This document shows, in pieces, positions 1 through 12,185 of a stretch of DNA of 64,000 nucleotides. Source of the DNA: Lama glama. Its lineage: Eukaryota. Positions within the stretch are counted from its first letter, which is position 1. Every line of letters starts with the position of its first letter. Position numbers and translations under genes: made by a program. The stretch covers positions 11,658,001 through 11,722,000 of the forward strand of contig CM052816.1 in the NCBI GenBank assembly GCA_028534125.1, given 5' to 3'. The notes under the pieces were generated by a model. That model worked only from the letters and a program-made list of their open reading frames with translations. It did no database searches and was not told the origin of the DNA.

Positions 1-544
1 TAATTTAACAGAGAAAATACTGACAGGATTTTTCAAAGAATGGTGATACCAGGGTGATCAGAGAAGTTAAGCAACTCCTGGAATCTTCCTCAGAAAAGCC
101 AGAGTTTCCTCAGAATTGTGAGAGAGACACTGTCCAGGACAGGGGTTCTGAAGAGTTTGAAGTTTTTGTTACTCCTCCTGAAGGTGACCCAGTGAAATTG
201 CCCTCTACAGAGCAGGGCTGCTTTCCCCTATGAGTTAATGGCTTTCTACCCTTCTCAAGACACTGAATCCCCTTCCTTTTCTAGTGATATTTGCTTAATA
301 TTTAATTATAGGCAATTTCTCCCTTTCTCTTTCTCTATCTCATTTTGATTAGTATACAGAACTTCCCTCTCTAATCTCAGAGCACTCAGAGACACTATTT
401 CAAAGCACTCTGGGAACAGATACGATGTCACAAAAAAAGGGTTCTAGTTGCCTTTGTCATCAATGTTGAGGGTAGAAAGAAATGGTGGTGGGGGAGCTTC
501 AATGTGATGAAGTTTATCTTCTAAATTCTTACCTGTCTCTAAGA

Positions 545-1055
545 AAGGTTCTGAGAAGTGATGTCTAATCTGAGACTTGAAGGCACTGGGATAGGAACTA
601 TGCTGTAGACAGTAGGTGTCATACTGGCAGAAGCCTGGAGACTAGAGAGAACATGGTGTATTATATCAGAGACACTGACGGAAGAGTGCAAACGCGGCAG
701 AAGTGAGGTGAGGCTGGAAAAGGTTGACTGTGGAAAGCTTTGTAAGATTTTGTCGAGCTATCGACTCCATCTTGAGGGCCATGGGAGCCTAATGAAGCCA
801 CACAAGTTGGTAAGTGGTAGGCTGAGATTTATATTTAAGAAAGAAAAATCTGACTGCTGTAGGAGAAAAGGACTAGATCAAAACTGGAAGCAGAGAGACC
901 AGCTGGGAGACCTGGACTGAGAGGGTGGTACGTAGGATGAGGAGAGGCGAAAGACAGGCGGAACTACTTTGCGGGGGGAACTAGTAGGACTTCATGATGA
1001 CTTAGATGTAGAGAGTGAGGAAGGAGGAGTAATCAGAGATGAAAAGCCCAAATTT
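545..1055 (-). mobile_element. L2 LINE fragment
   Basis: Purine-rich antisense L2 3' region (gaggtgaggctggaaaagg...gggagcc...gagagaccagctgggag...gatgacttagatgtagagagtgag). Boundaries approximate. Confidence 0.7.
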
Positions 1056-1299
1056 CGTCGCCTCTGTCTTGTGCCCCAACCTTGGTCTTAGACTTGGAAG
1101 CCCCTTGTGTCCTCAGTGCTTCCTAATACCATGACCTCAAGTCCTGACGTCAACTTCATATGCCACATTAACTGTTTGTGCCCTAGGGTTGCTGGCAGCA
1201 CTCAGAGCCACGGTCTGTATTCTGATGCTGGAGCTGGTAATCACTTGGCCCCAGGCGTGGTCCTTCCAGTCTTGCTCTGTCCTGGGTGTACAGTCACAG

Positions 1300-1497
1300 G
1301 ATATCATAGTGGATAAGAGCTAGGATTTAAACTGTGATAGATCTGGGTTCAAGTTCCAGCCCTGCACTTACTCTCTAGTGTGAGCTTTGGCCAGTCACTT
1401 AATGTCATCTGTAAAATAACGGAGCTCTTCAGGTTATGAGGATTAAACAGGCATAAATTAGAAGCCCAGGGCGGTTCATGACAAGCACAGCATAAAG
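1300..1497 (+). mobile_element. MIR SINE
   Basis: tagtggataagagc...gatctgggttcaagttccagccctgcacttact...catctgtaaaat...gttatgaggattaaa. Confidence 0.8.
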
Positions 1498-2233
1498 GCT
1501 GACCAAGGAGAAGGAGAGGAAGGAGGAAACGATGGAGAAGATGTGGGTGGGTTTCTTAGGGCTTTTTTTTCCTTCTTCTACGACCTTCAGTCCAACACAG
1601 CACAGTAGGATAACAAAAGTAGCCATTGGGTAGAGAGGAAAAGAGTGAATCTTTTTGAGTAGGATGACATCAAGGAAGTGTGCCAAGAAGAACGTATCTT
1701 GACATTTGAAAGTTCTGACTGGTGAACCCTGGACTAGAACCAAAGCTAGAGACGGGCCTACCGAGTCCTCCTCCCCCGGGGCTGTCTTGGCTCTTTCCAG
1801 GTTGTCTTCCTCTCTCCACTTAAAGGTCTTCTTCCTGGTCTTTGCCTTCAAATCTGTCTCGTGTGCCCTCCCTTCTCCTCCCCCTACCACTGTTCCCCCA
1901 TTGCCTCTTCTTACAAGGTAGTTTCCAAAGGCTTTGGGTGTTTGTGCAGTTCCAAGGACAGGCAGCATAGAGTAGCTTTAATTGCTTGAAGGCTGCTTCA
2001 CCTCCTGAAATCTCACCTTTCAGAAACATTGGCTCACTCTGCCTGAAAATCTGACTGACCCCTGCGTAGAGGCAGTGTTAACAGAATGCAGTAAGTGATA
2101 ATAATCGTAACGGTAACAGTAACCCATTTGCATCAGTTCACCATGTAGGTTTTGTGCAACCACCATCTGTTCTGATTGGCCAGTGGTTAAGCAGTGTCTT
2201 TTCTGATTGGTCCGCTCTGACATTTATACTGGC

Positions 2234-2610
2234 TGTTATGGGCTGAACTGTGTACCCTCCAAATCAATTTTTTTGAAGCCTTAACCCCAGGACTTCAGGC
2301 GCCTTGGAGATTGAGCCTTTAAAGAGGTGATTAACTTAAAGTGAGGCCACTGGGGTGGGCTTTAATCCAATCTACCTGGTGTCCCTCTAAGAGGAGGAAA
2401 TTTGGACACACAGACGCATTAAGGATGTGCACACACAGAAGGGAGACCCTGTGAGGACACAGTGAGAAAGCAGCTATCTGCAAGCCAAGGGGAGAGGCTT
2501 CAGGCGAATCCAACTTTGCTGACACCTCCAAGAGCTGTGAGAAAATAAATTTCTGTTGTGTAAGCTGCCCAGTCTGTGGCGTTTGTGGACAGCCCTGGCA
2601 AATTAACACC
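2234..2610 (+). mobile_element. MaLR solo LTR (MLT1B-like)
   Basis: Starts tgttatgggctgaactgtgt; contains taatccaat...ggtgtcc and ctgtgagaaaataaatttctgttg; ends gccctggcaaattaacac. Confidence 0.85.
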
Positions 2611-2639
2611 AGTGTGATACATTTTGAACTATCATGTCT

Positions 2640-2882
2640 AATAATAATTTTACTGAGTCGGTGCTTACTAAATTCTAGTAGCAACGTGGATTACATCCTC
2701 CCGTCTTCAGGTACTGTCTAGGGTCTTAGTCCCATTTTGCAAACAAGTGGAACTGAAACTTGGAGAGGGACATGGCTTGCCTGAAGTCAAAGTCACAGAG
2801 CTAGAAAGGGGCAGGATTGGGCTCAAATCTAAATCTTTTGGATACCTGGGCTCGGGTTCTTAACCGCCATGCCACACTGCCT
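2640..2882 (-). mobile_element. MIR SINE
   Basis: cccattttgcaaacaagtggaactga...gtcacagagctagaaagg...tcttaaccgccatgccacactgcct. Confidence 0.8.
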
Positions 2883-4205
2883 AGAGACACTGTTCTCCTC
2901 TGCCTGTGCCCCTTCCCTAGTACAAATAGTGCCCCTTATTGTTTTTTCTCTACGTCTCTGTTTCTCTCCTTTGGAGCACTAGATATGCTTCGTAATCATA
3001 AATTTAATTCTATGATCATTTTTTCAATTTCCGTCCTCTTCACTAGTCTGCTAATACAGCACTGTGCTTATAATCATGGAAGATGGGGTTGGTTTTGGAA
3101 CTGGTGTCTTGATTTTTCTGCCAGGTAGAAAGGCAGCCAGCCCTTTGCATATGGTGAAATGATCCACATCGGTGGGCACTGGCAAGTAACGGGAGCTACT
3201 GCTGGGCTCTTTCATTTATACCTTAATATTGCGCCCATGTGTCCTCAGGAGTGGAGTGCAGTCACTTAACCTTCCCGCGTGGCAAATGCCAGCGTTTGCA
3301 CTGCTCGGCGCTCCCGTCGTGGAGAACGCTGCCTGGCCCTGTGTTCTTGGACTTGTTTTTCCATTTTGTGATGCACTTCAAGGCAGGAAGCTGTGAGGCA
3401 CCTGATGCTCCATCAGTGGCTTTTGTCTGCTTTTCCTGACTCTCCACCCTATTAGCACATCTGGGTGAAGTGGCAGCTGCTTACTTTGGGAATAATGGAG
3501 TCTACAAAAATGAAGCCGGTCTTCTGTACCAGAGTGTGGGTCCTCCATGAACAAGATCCTGGCAGATACTTGCAAACTAATAGAAAAATTCTGTATACTT
3601 CCCCAGGGCTGAATTTCATAAAGATATTCTTTTCCTCTGTATGGCTTTTTATTTTTAGTTTCCCTTCTCCATCTTTCTCTTTCTCTCTTTTTAACCATTC
3701 AGTGCTTTCAGAAAGGATGAATAGTAGTCTACATTTTTATATTCTAAACATCACTCCCACGTAATTCTCTTATTCTGTGTTGGTCTTTTTTTTTCAAGTT
3801 ACAGTTTTAAAAATAATCTAGAACCAATTTATCTAATGAATATGCAATTATTGCAAGAGTCTTTTGAAGTTTTTGAAAACCTTCAGTCAGCATCTTTCTG
3901 GGACATGGTGATGAATGTACCATCAGGAGCTTGGACGCCAAGTTTCTGACTTGGCACAAGCAGGTATAATTTTTGCACATTTCAAAGCTGGGCGTGATGC
4001 AGATATTTACTGTGTGCTTAGTACTGTGGTTGGTTAGTGTGGTTGCTCTCTACCTAGCCAAGCTCCCTCTCCTGGTGGAAGGATGCACCCTTTCTAGTGA
4101 GGCACTTCTGGGGTTGCAGTAAAAGTCAGCTATGACAGTGATAATAGAATATGTGGGCGAGAAGGGGCACAGTTTGGTTCTGCACTGCTCAGGCCAGTAC
4201 TTGCG

Positions 4206-4385
4206 AATAACAGCTACCATTTTTAGCGTGCTTATCCATGCAAGGCACTTGACATGTGTCTTCATCTTCATTTAACCATAATCCAGAGAGCAATGGAACA
4301 GTATCGCTCTTTTGTAAGTAAGGAAAATAAGACATGGAGAAGTTAAGACTTCCCAAGATCACACAGATAGTCAATGGCAGAGCCT
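4206..4385 (-). mobile_element. MIR SINE
   Basis: aataacagctaccatttttagcgtgctta...gagaagttaagacttcccaagatcacacagatagtcaatggcagagcc. Confidence 0.8.
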
Positions 4386-5127
4386 CTGTTCTTAAAAGCT
4401 TATCGCCAAGCGTGTTTGTTATGCTATACGAGGCACTATGCTATGCATTTTGGCAAGTCTGAGTGAACTTGACCCGAATCCTGCTCAAGAGTGTTTATCT
4501 TCCGGTAGAAGAGTGAAGACAAGCAACCATGATATGTACCAGGAGAATTCAGAAAACAGACAAGATAGAGGACCATGTCATGGAAGCAGAAGCAAAGGGA
4601 AGGGAACAAAATTTTGTCTCAGTAGAGATGGGATTTATTCTCCGAATGGGACTGACACTCAGAGGCTTTTGCTCACAGCTTCCTGGTTCCTACCTACTGT
4701 GCACATTGTGTTTCTGAAAGTGGCCCTTGGACAGAATTTTTCATAATTGTTTGTGAACTGGGAAACCAGCTTCCTCCTGTTTTCTTTTTTCCCCCCAGTA
4801 CCTGAATGAAGAAGCCAGCTGGGCTTTCTCCACTGCTGAAGCAGGAAAAAGCATCTCAACCGCAACTGCGGGATTCATTAGCCTCTGCTGTCAGATTGCT
4901 GTGGTCAGGAGGGTGTGAAAGGCACCGTGTCTTCCCAGACCTAGTGGGGTGCAGGCTGTCATAGCCCCCCGTAAAAGCACACAGGGCCTCCTACTGAGTG
5001 CCAGGACATGACATTTTGTGATCTGTCGCTTTTCTGTGGGATTGCTTTCGTTTGCTTAGGCAAATGGAACAAACTGATTTCTCCCAAACTCAGTCTATGT
5101 TGAATGCTTTTCCTCCCTCTGGTCCCT

Positions 5128-5300
5128 TGTGAATATCAGTGCTCTGGTTGCAGATATCAGAAACACCCCAGCTAGCTTAAGCAAACAAAGAACTTATTGT
5201 AAGAATCTCAGGGACTAAATCCAGGAACCAGAAAAATCATCGGGAACCAAAGCAGTTACCTTCTTGGTAATTCTCTCTCTCTTCTTGTGCTTCTGGTCGT
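5128..5300 (-). mobile_element. Old MaLR LTR fragment (MLT1J/K-like)
   Basis: ctctggttgcagatatcagaaacaccccagctagcttaagcaaacaaagaacttattg resembles the antisense MLT1J/K terminus. Confidence 0.55.
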
Positions 5301-5384
5301 TTCTTCATATTTATTTTTCTCTCTCTTCCAACTGATTGTCTCCTCTCATGTGCTCATTCCAGGATAAGGCATTCCATATGTATT

Positions 5385-5548
5385 CCTATTTTATTATCTT
5401 CATAGTATTCATCCTGCCTTCTCTTGATGATTAACTACCTCTATGTGCTAGTATGCAGTTTCCCCAAGAGCAGAGATGTTTTCTTGATTACAGTTTTATC
5501 CTTGGCACATATCAGGTGCTCAGTAAATAGTTCTTGAATGAAAGAATT
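5385..5548 (+). mobile_element. L2 3' end
   Basis: aagagcagagatgttttc...tggcacatatcaggtgctcagtaaatagttcttgaatgaa. Confidence 0.65.
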
Positions 5549-5861
5549 AATCATCCTGCCAAATTGTGATGCTAAAGGCAGTCAAGGAGCTGCTGAAAGA
5601 AATATGGCAAAATACATATTTTCAGGTTGCTCAAACTGTTTTGAATTAATATTCATGAAACAATTTGAGGACCTACCCAAGGGGTAGGTAGAGAATCTTG
5701 GACAGGTGAGGTGGCAAAGGTACACAGTTAAGAAAAAAGTTCTTAAAATAGTAATGTTTGTATTAATAACATTAAAGGTAGATACAAGAGCTTTACCTCC
5801 CCTTTCAAAAGGGGACATGGATTTAAAGAGCTTGAGCACTATTGGTTTAAATTCTAGTGTC

Positions 5862-5955
5862 AGAGTAAGTTCTGAGCTGACTTCATCTGAATTACTGGGA
5901 ACTTGTTAAAAATACAGGATAGGGGACACCACCCATAGAGATACTGGTTCAGTAG
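5862..5955. mobile_element. MER5A-like hAT-Charlie fragment
   Basis: catctgaattactgggaacttgttaaaaatacag...cacccatagagatactggttcagtag; cut off by the L1 that follows. Confidence 0.6.
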
Positions 5956-5957
5956 TG

Positions 5958-6696
5958 ATTTTTTTTTTGAAGTATAGTCAGTTTACAATGTTGTGTCAAT
6001 TTCTGGTGTACAGCATAATGTTTCAGTCACACATATTCATACATATATTCTTTTTCATTATAGGTTACTACAAGATATTGAATATAGTTCCCTGTGCTGT
6101 ACAGTATAAATTTGTTGTTTATTCACTTTATATACAGTAGTTAGCATCTGCAAATCTCAAACCCCCAGTTTATTCCTTCCCACCCACTATGCCCCTGGTA
6201 ACCATAAGTTTGTTTGCTATGTCTGTGAATCTGTTTCTGTTTTGTAAATAAGTTCACTTGTCCATCAAGAGATGCCTGGATAAAGAATGACAATCTCCAG
6301 GTCCATCCATGTTGTTGCAAATGACATTATTTTATTATTTTTTTACAGCTGAGTAGTATTCCATTGTATAAATATACCACAGCTTCTTTATCCAGTCATC
6401 TGTTGATGGACATTTAGGCCGTTTCCATGTCTTGGCTATTGTAACTATTGCTGCTACGAACGTTGGGGTGCATGTGTCTGTTTGAATTAAGGTTCCCTCT
6501 GGATATATGCCCAGGAGTGGGATTGCTGGATTATAGGGTAAGTGTATTTTTAGGTTTTTTTAGGAGCCTCCATACTGTTTTCCATCATGGTTGCACCAAA
6601 CTACATTCCCACCAGCAATGTAGGAGGGTTTCCTTTTCTCTACACCCTCTCCAGCATTTGTTGTTTGTGGACTGCAGGATGATGGCCATTCTGACT
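5958..6696 (-). mobile_element. 5'-truncated camelid-type L1 (3'UTR and ORF2 end) with internal rearrangement
   Basis: Poly-T, then gaagtatagtcagtttacaatgttgtgtcaatttctggtgtacag. Collinear with the L1 at 19620-20410 except at 6259-6287. Confidence 0.92.
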
Positions 6697-7673
6697 AATG
6701 AGTTTTTACCATAAGTGCTTACCGACTTGAAAACTCTTGTCACACTTTATCCCCAGTGCCTGAGGTGAATGGTGGTAGTGCTGTTTTCCATTTTTCTGGT
6801 TTCATTTAAGCACAAAAATTTTATTATACGTAGAAGTAGACTAGCATAATGAGCCTCTGGTTATTCATCATCCATTATCAGTTATGACTGATTTTATTTC
6901 ACCTGTGCCCTGACTCACTGCTGCCCCACTCCCAAATTGTCTTGAGTAAATCTAAGGTGGGATATCATGTCTGCCATAAATATTTCAATCTATAGACATG
7001 AGGACTCCTTAAAAAACATAGCCTCAAAACCATCAGCATACTAAAAACTGAAGGATTTCTTAATCTTGTCACACGCTACTCAATATTAAAATTTCTCACT
7101 TGCCTCAGAAAAGCTTTTTCACAATTGGTTTGACTTAGGATCCTGCTGAGGCCCATATATTTTAATTGACAAGTGGGTCATTTAAGTGTCTTTTGGTCTA
7201 TAGGTTCCCTCTCTTTCTTGTTGTCTTTGCAATTTACCTATTGAAAAATTTCACTTTTTTTGGTAGAGTTTCCCACAGTCCAAATTTTGCTGATTTTATT
7301 CCTGCCGTGTCATTAAAAGCATTTTTCTGTCCCATGTATTTTCAACAAATCAGTAACCAGATTTAAAAGTTTAATAAGATGAAGGTTCGATTTTTTTCTC
7401 AAGATTGTCTCATAAGTGATGATGTTTATTTTTATTAGGCACATGATGTCATGTTCCTCTTTTTGTTACAGTAGCAGCCACTGCTGATCATTGCCTAGAG
7501 ACATTATTTTATGAAGGATGGCAGGAATGGTAATATTCTAATTTGATCATTCTTTCTTTATTTATTAGTTAGGATATTTCCTAATAAATAATTTGGTAAC
7601 TCAGGAAAAGAAGGTTGACTGCTTGTTTCTTTCCTTTTATTTGCCAGTTTCAAAATAAGTTTGTTCCTTGACA

Positions 7674-8031
7674 TGTTTCAGTCAACTTAGGCTGCCATAA
7701 CAAAACACCATAAACTGGGTGGTTTTAACAACAGAGATCTATTTTCTCACAGTTCTGGAGGCTAAAAGTCTGAGATCAAGGTCCAGCAGGGTCCAAGTTC
7801 TTGTGAGACTCTCCTCTTTGGTTACAGATGGCCCCTTCTGGCCTTGATGCCTGACAGATTGAGCTCTCCAGTGTCTCTTATAAGGACATTAATCCTGCCC
7901 TCTGTGAGCCCCACCTTGATGACCTCATTTAACCTTAATCACCTCCCAAAGACCCTGTCTTCAAATAAAATAACACTGAGAGTTAGAACTTCAACATAAG
8001 GATTTTGGAGGCACCCAAACAGTCCATAACA
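7674..8031 (-). mobile_element. MaLR solo LTR (MLT1A-like)
   Basis: tgtttcagtc...ggctgccataacaaaacaccataaactgggtgg...cacagttctggaggct...cagtccataaca. ACATG occurs at both edges (7671-7675 and 8032-8036). Confidence 0.88.
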
Positions 8032-8213
8032 ACATGATCCAAAATTGACCAGGGCTCTGGTTTCCTTTTTATTTCTTTAGGATCATTATGAACTTCTGTA
8101 CTTAAGCAGATTTTGAGTGTTTCAGCCCGTTGCAGTTTATCTGTAGTCCTGTCTCTTCTGTGTGTTAGTGCAGTACTTCACAGTGTGGATGGGCCATGTC
8201 CACTGGTCCAGTC

Positions 8214-8381
8214 CAGTGTTCAACAAGACGTTTTCTACAAGGATAAGCTAGAAATGTTTTTGTCCCAGCTCTACCCCACCACCCCTCCTTCCAACTCTTT
8301 ACAAGTATAAAGCCACTCTTAACCTGAAGGCAGTATAAAAACAGGCCTGCAGATCTGATCAAAGGTAGTTTGCGACTCCTG
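8214..8381 (+). mobile_element. Internally deleted MER58B-like hAT-Charlie element
   Basis: Ends aaaaacaggc...gtagtttgcgactcctg. Partial 8-bp TSD gtccagtc / agccagtt. Confidence 0.6.
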
Positions 8382-9846
8382 AGCCAGTTCCTGATAGATA
8401 GCTCTTTGGTTTGTCTGCAGACTGTTAGGGTAATAAATTATGCATCTGGGTACATCTTTTGCTATTTTTGCCATTGAATTGGAGTCCTGGAAGTGCTGAG
8501 TCAAAGGGTAAAGGCCGATGAATTCGGCTAGATACTGCCAATTTCTTTGTGGGCTCATTCCATTTTGCACAAGCTTTGTAAGAGAATGCTTATTTCTTCC
8601 AATTGTGCCCAAAGAGGAGATTGCTGAACTTTCAGATTTTTGTCACTTTGCATGAGTAATAAGAAAAGAAATGCAAATTAAGACTATACTTAAGAGAAAG
8701 ATTGAGCTTCTTTTCATAGGGGTTGAGTCACTTTTTTGTGTATAAACTGTCTTCATATTGCTTGCCCATTTTCTATAGTTTATTTGATCTATTAATTCTC
8801 TATTTTTAAAATATTAACTCATCCCTGCAAAAAGTAGTAAATGTTTTTCTCTGGGTTGCCATTTTTTTGTGTGTTTTTATTTATGAAGTTCTTGCTAGAT
8901 AGAAGTTTTTATTTTTAAATAATTTGGGGTCAAATTTATCAAACTTTTCCTTTATTGCATCTGGATTTTGAATGGTAAGAAAGTGTTTTTTACTTCCAAG
9001 TTTAGAGGAATTCATCCATGCTTTATTACTTATATAGTATTATTTTTATATTTAATTTTCTGACCCACTGGGAATTTATATTGGTGTATGTATGGAGTGA
9101 GGAATGCATCCAATTTTATCTTTTTCCATATGACTCAATAACTATTCCAGCACCACTTATTAAGACATCCATTCTTTGCCAACTCATATGAGATGCTGAA
9201 CTTGAATTAATGAAAAAGTTCAATTATATAAATTCAATTATTACACACTAAATTTCCTTATGTGACTTGTTCTATTTCTGGATTTTTTTATTTGTTCCAT
9301 TTGTCTTTTTGTCTATTCATGCACCAGTAAAACACTTACAAATTTAAAGGTTTAAAAAATATTTTTGTACCAAACTCACCTCTCCTGTTTCTTATAATTC
9401 TCCCCACCCCACCTCCCTTTTTTTTTTCCCACAGTTTTTCCAAATGAGCTTTAGAATCAACTTTATCTCCAGGAAAGTAAAAACTTGATGGCATTTTATT
9501 TGAGCTCATTAAGTACAAAAATTAACTTTGGGAGGATTGACAACTTTACGATGTTGGCTCTTCCTAGGAAAGAATATGGAAAGACTTTCTATTTGTTCAA
9601 CTTCACTTTTGTGTTATTCAGAAATATTCTGCACTTCTTATCATGGGAATTTTGGTGAAGTATTATTACTATGGTAATTGTATCATTATTGTTCTTATAA
9701 ATGAACTTTTCCCTTCCACTGTGTCTTCTAATAGGATTTTGCTTTTATGTCCATCATTTTACTTTTAGCCCTTCCTAATCTTTTTGATTTGGGTATGCTT
9801 TGTTAGCCGTTCTGAAAATATTTTGTAGGGGTGTTAAGCCCATTTA

Positions 9847-9855
9847 ACACGCGCG

Positions 9856-9898
<43 letters not shown>

Positions 9899-9899
9899 G
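9847..9899. repeat. Compound microsatellite (CG)n(CA)n(TA)n
   Basis: acacgcgcgcacac...acatatat...atatg; uninterrupted purine-pyrimidine alternation. Confidence 0.97.
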
Positions 9900-11752
9900 A
9901 ATGAGATAGTGGGATGGAAACTTAAGATACTTAAGAACAGCAAGCTGGTTCAGGATGGAAGATAAAGGGCTGCCTGGAGCCATCCTCAGAAGTGCTGAAG
10001 TTGGCCATTGGAGTCTTGTGTTGAGTCCCTAAAACATTGGATGGGGAGAGATTTATTGGGCATGTGGCTGATTTGAATATATGTCTTTCCAAATATGTCT
10101 GTTGGACTTCAGAATCTCTGCACATTGTTTTTCTGAACTCACATGTTTTCCTCTCTGAAGACTTATTTCTGACTTTGTATGAGCTTTTCTGGCACTTCAT
10201 GTTCCCCAGTCTTCAGTCTTCCTCATCTCTCAGAGAATCAGGATGCTTGGTGTCCTGAACTGGGGAAATGACCCTGGTGAAGGATGCATTCTCCTGGGGT
10301 TCAAAGTTGTGTAGGGTACATATTTCAAGAAAGTTTTAGAATTCAAATAAAACCGGATGTCAGTATGAAAATTTTAATGACCCAAAGCTGGAGAAAAGAA
10401 TTTGCATATCAGTGGAGAGACCAAGATTCCTTTAAAGTAAGGGAAATACTGTCTGTGAGCTATAGTTTCTATGAGCCCCTTTTCTTGTTTTTATTGTATC
10501 TTTTATTGCTCAGAGCCTTTCTGTTTTGAGATGAGGTAAAAGCCAATGGATTTTTTTTTCTTTCCTTGGTGTGAATTTTTGCTGCCTTTAATGAATGAAA
10601 TCAGGGCTGACTCTTAAGCAACCTCTTTTTTTCGTCCACATTTTCTATTACATGAAGAAAGAAGAGACAGAAGAAGCCATACTGGCAAAAATAAGCTCTC
10701 GTCATTTGAAGTGGCTAGTTTTTGTTTATTTTTCTCTTACAGACTCTGTAGGGAATTCTGCACATTAGTTTCAAAAAAACCTTCCATATGCCAAAGCTGC
10801 TCTTAGCTTTGGCTTGTTGGGATCTTTTTTGTGAACTCTAGCACTGATAATGGGTGGAAGGGTGAAGTAATGGCCCGAAATCATAGGTTAGATCTATCCA
10901 AAAATTTCTGAAGTGTGAACATTCCCAGTCTCCCCGCTGTTGAAGAGGATGCTGATTTTACCCTTTTCAGTTCTGTCCCCTTTTGTGTCATCCCAGAGTA
11001 GCTTTTCACATTTTGGGAGTCCAAACTGAAGGAAATGAGGAGGACAAGAAGTGTGAGAAGGGTTGTTACAAGGCTGGGTGACAAACATTTTGAAGAGTTT
11101 GACAAGTGAGCTATGGCAGAAGCCGTAGATAAAGGAAATGGAGGGAAAAGAAAAGTGAAATTTAAAATAAATTATCCCTGAGCTCACTATAACCCACTTC
11201 TGGTATTTAAGAATGCAAGTAAAGAACTTGAGCTTTTTTTAAATTATTTTTTTGTTTCTGGCCTGTAGTTCTTTGTTTGCAATGATATTCTAAGATTACT
11301 CTTCATGGGTGGTACCATCGCAAGGTTTACACTGGTGTTTCTTACGATGATAACTTGATTTCTGGTCTCTGGTGTAACATTTCCTTAAGTCCAATATGGC
11401 GAATAGATTACACCTCACACATCAACTCTGACTGAGAGGTGTGGCTTCTGGAGCTCTGTGTTGAGAAGGATTAAGAAACCAAATATGAACTTTAGTGGTA
11501 AAGAACACCCTGACTGATTAGAAATGTCTGCATGAGTGTGAGATGCTGGTGAGTGACTCACATGTCATAGACTCTGCTACCAACATTGGAAAACATTCTT
11601 CTTGACTTTTCTTGTGATACAAAGCTAACATGAGAGAGAAGACCTGCAGAACTCTTCCATTTACAGCTGCCCTTTGTTGTTGAAACTAAATGACAGGATA
11701 ATACCAAGTTTTAGTAGAACAGAATGGAGCGAGTTAATTAATACAGCAAAGC

Positions 11753-12185
11753 TTTTCCTCCAACTTTATTGAGATGTAATTGATGTATAGCATCATATAA
11801 GTTTAAGGTGCACAGTGTATTCATTTAATACACATATATTGCAAAATGATGATCACCGTAGCATTAGCTAACACCTGCATCATGCAACATAATTACCATT
11901 TCTTTTGTGTGGTGAGAACATTTAAGATCTACTCTCTTAGCAACATTCATGTATAGAATACAGTATTATCAACTATTATCACTATGCTGTACCTTAGATC
12001 CCCAGAACTCATTCATCTTAAAACTGGAAGTTTGTACCCTTTGGTCAGCGTCGCCTCACTTCCTCATCACCCAGCCCATGGTAATCACCGTTCTAGTCTG
12101 TTTTTGGGAGTTTGGCTTTTTTAGATCTCATATATGAGTGCTATCCTGCGGTATTTGTCTTTCTCTCTCTGATATATTTCACTAA
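11753..12185 (-). mobile_element. 5'-truncated L1 3' end (L1MA9/10-like)
   Basis: ctttattgagatgtaattga...gtggtgagaacatttaagatctactctcttagcaac. Imperfect TSD aatacagcaa / aacacagcaa. Confidence 0.88.

Larger units (their letters stand above)
6805..9730 (-). mobile_element. Ancient L1 (L1MC/L1ME-like 3' region), interrupted by an MLT1A and a MER58
   Basis: agaagtagactagcataatga...; gaagtgctgagtcaaagggta...gatactgccaa; actattccagcaccacttattaa; gagctttagaatcaacttt; gaggattgacaactttacgatgttgg. May be more than one element. Confidence 0.7.

Noticed and set aside
1429..1968. Longest ORF without Ns (179 aa, minus strand)
   Set aside because: It starts at a non-ATG codon, has no recognisable domain and ends inside a MIR; consistent with a chance ORF.
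8494..8504. TGCTGAGTCA Maf/AP-1 site
   Set aside because: It lies in an ancient L1 segment whose consensus is already near this motif, so it is weak evidence of function.
10790..10813. Perfect 9-bp hairpin gccaaagct-gctctt-agctttggc downstream of an acceptor-like site at 10742
   Set aside because: Too short for a pre-miRNA and plausible by chance in 64 kb; no convincing donor or coding frame nearby.
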